Below, piece after piece: positions 63,835 to 64,000 of a DNA stretch of 64,000 nucleotides. Each line of letters starts with the position of its first letter. The stretch's first letter is position 1. The notes beneath the pieces were generated by a model. The model did no database searches. It was not told where the DNA came from and saw nothing but the letters and a program-made list of their open reading frames with translations. Origin of the DNA: Octopus vulgaris (taxonomy: Eukaryota); the NCBI GenBank assembly GCA_951406725.2, contig OX597830.1, positions 22,568,001-22,632,000 on the forward strand, written 5' to 3'. The position numbers and the translations under genes are program-made.

Positions 63835-64000
63835 TACATACACACATACATATATATACACACACACACATATATATATATACATACATACATATACACA
63901 CATACATATGTATACATACATACATATACACACATACATATGTATACATACATACATATACACACACACAAATATATACATACGTATACACACATACAAA
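63290..64000. repeat. Compound (TA)n/(CA)n microsatellite with higher-order unit CACATACATATATGCATATATA
   Basis: Directly visible; runs to the end of the window. Confidence 0.97.

Noticed and set aside
63050-63999. ORFs of 239-313 aa
   Set aside because: Same microsatellite artefact.

Overview
AT-rich, microsatellite- and transposon-saturated animal genomic DNA, most likely an octopus or other coleoid cephalopod. This assignment is an inference from the SINE families and repeat landscape, not a database result. The only host protein-coding gene I can support is a BMP type II receptor (BMPR2 / wishful-thinking type) on the minus strand. I reconstructed eight coding exons by hand with GT-AG boundaries and matching phases: 55886-55689, 24725-24543, 22945-22397, 20702-20533, 18420-18273, 15893-15757, 14509-14377 and 13041-11324 (3236 nt including the stop). 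The signal-peptide exon was not found and is probably beyond position 64000. The rest is intron or flank, filled with at least four SINE families, hAT, Tc1-mariner, piggyBac and Merlin non-autonomous elements, Helitron/HINE elements, and LINE and Penelope remnants. Most notable: (1) several Penelope-type hammerhead ribozyme motifs, one with an intact core and one in pre-mRNA sense that is occluded by a flanking inverted repeat; (2) unrelated short fold-back elements sitting next to (TA)n tracts; (3) a duplicated module giving three SDPPPxY (PY) motifs in the receptor tail; (4) a conserved Gly encoded as Asp by an intron-split codon; (5) a group of 6-7-bp-TSD elements, three of them with telomere-like cores. 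Almost all other ORFs in the track are microsatellite or SINE artefacts. All coordinates were counted by eye, and repeat boundaries are approximate unless a TSD is given.
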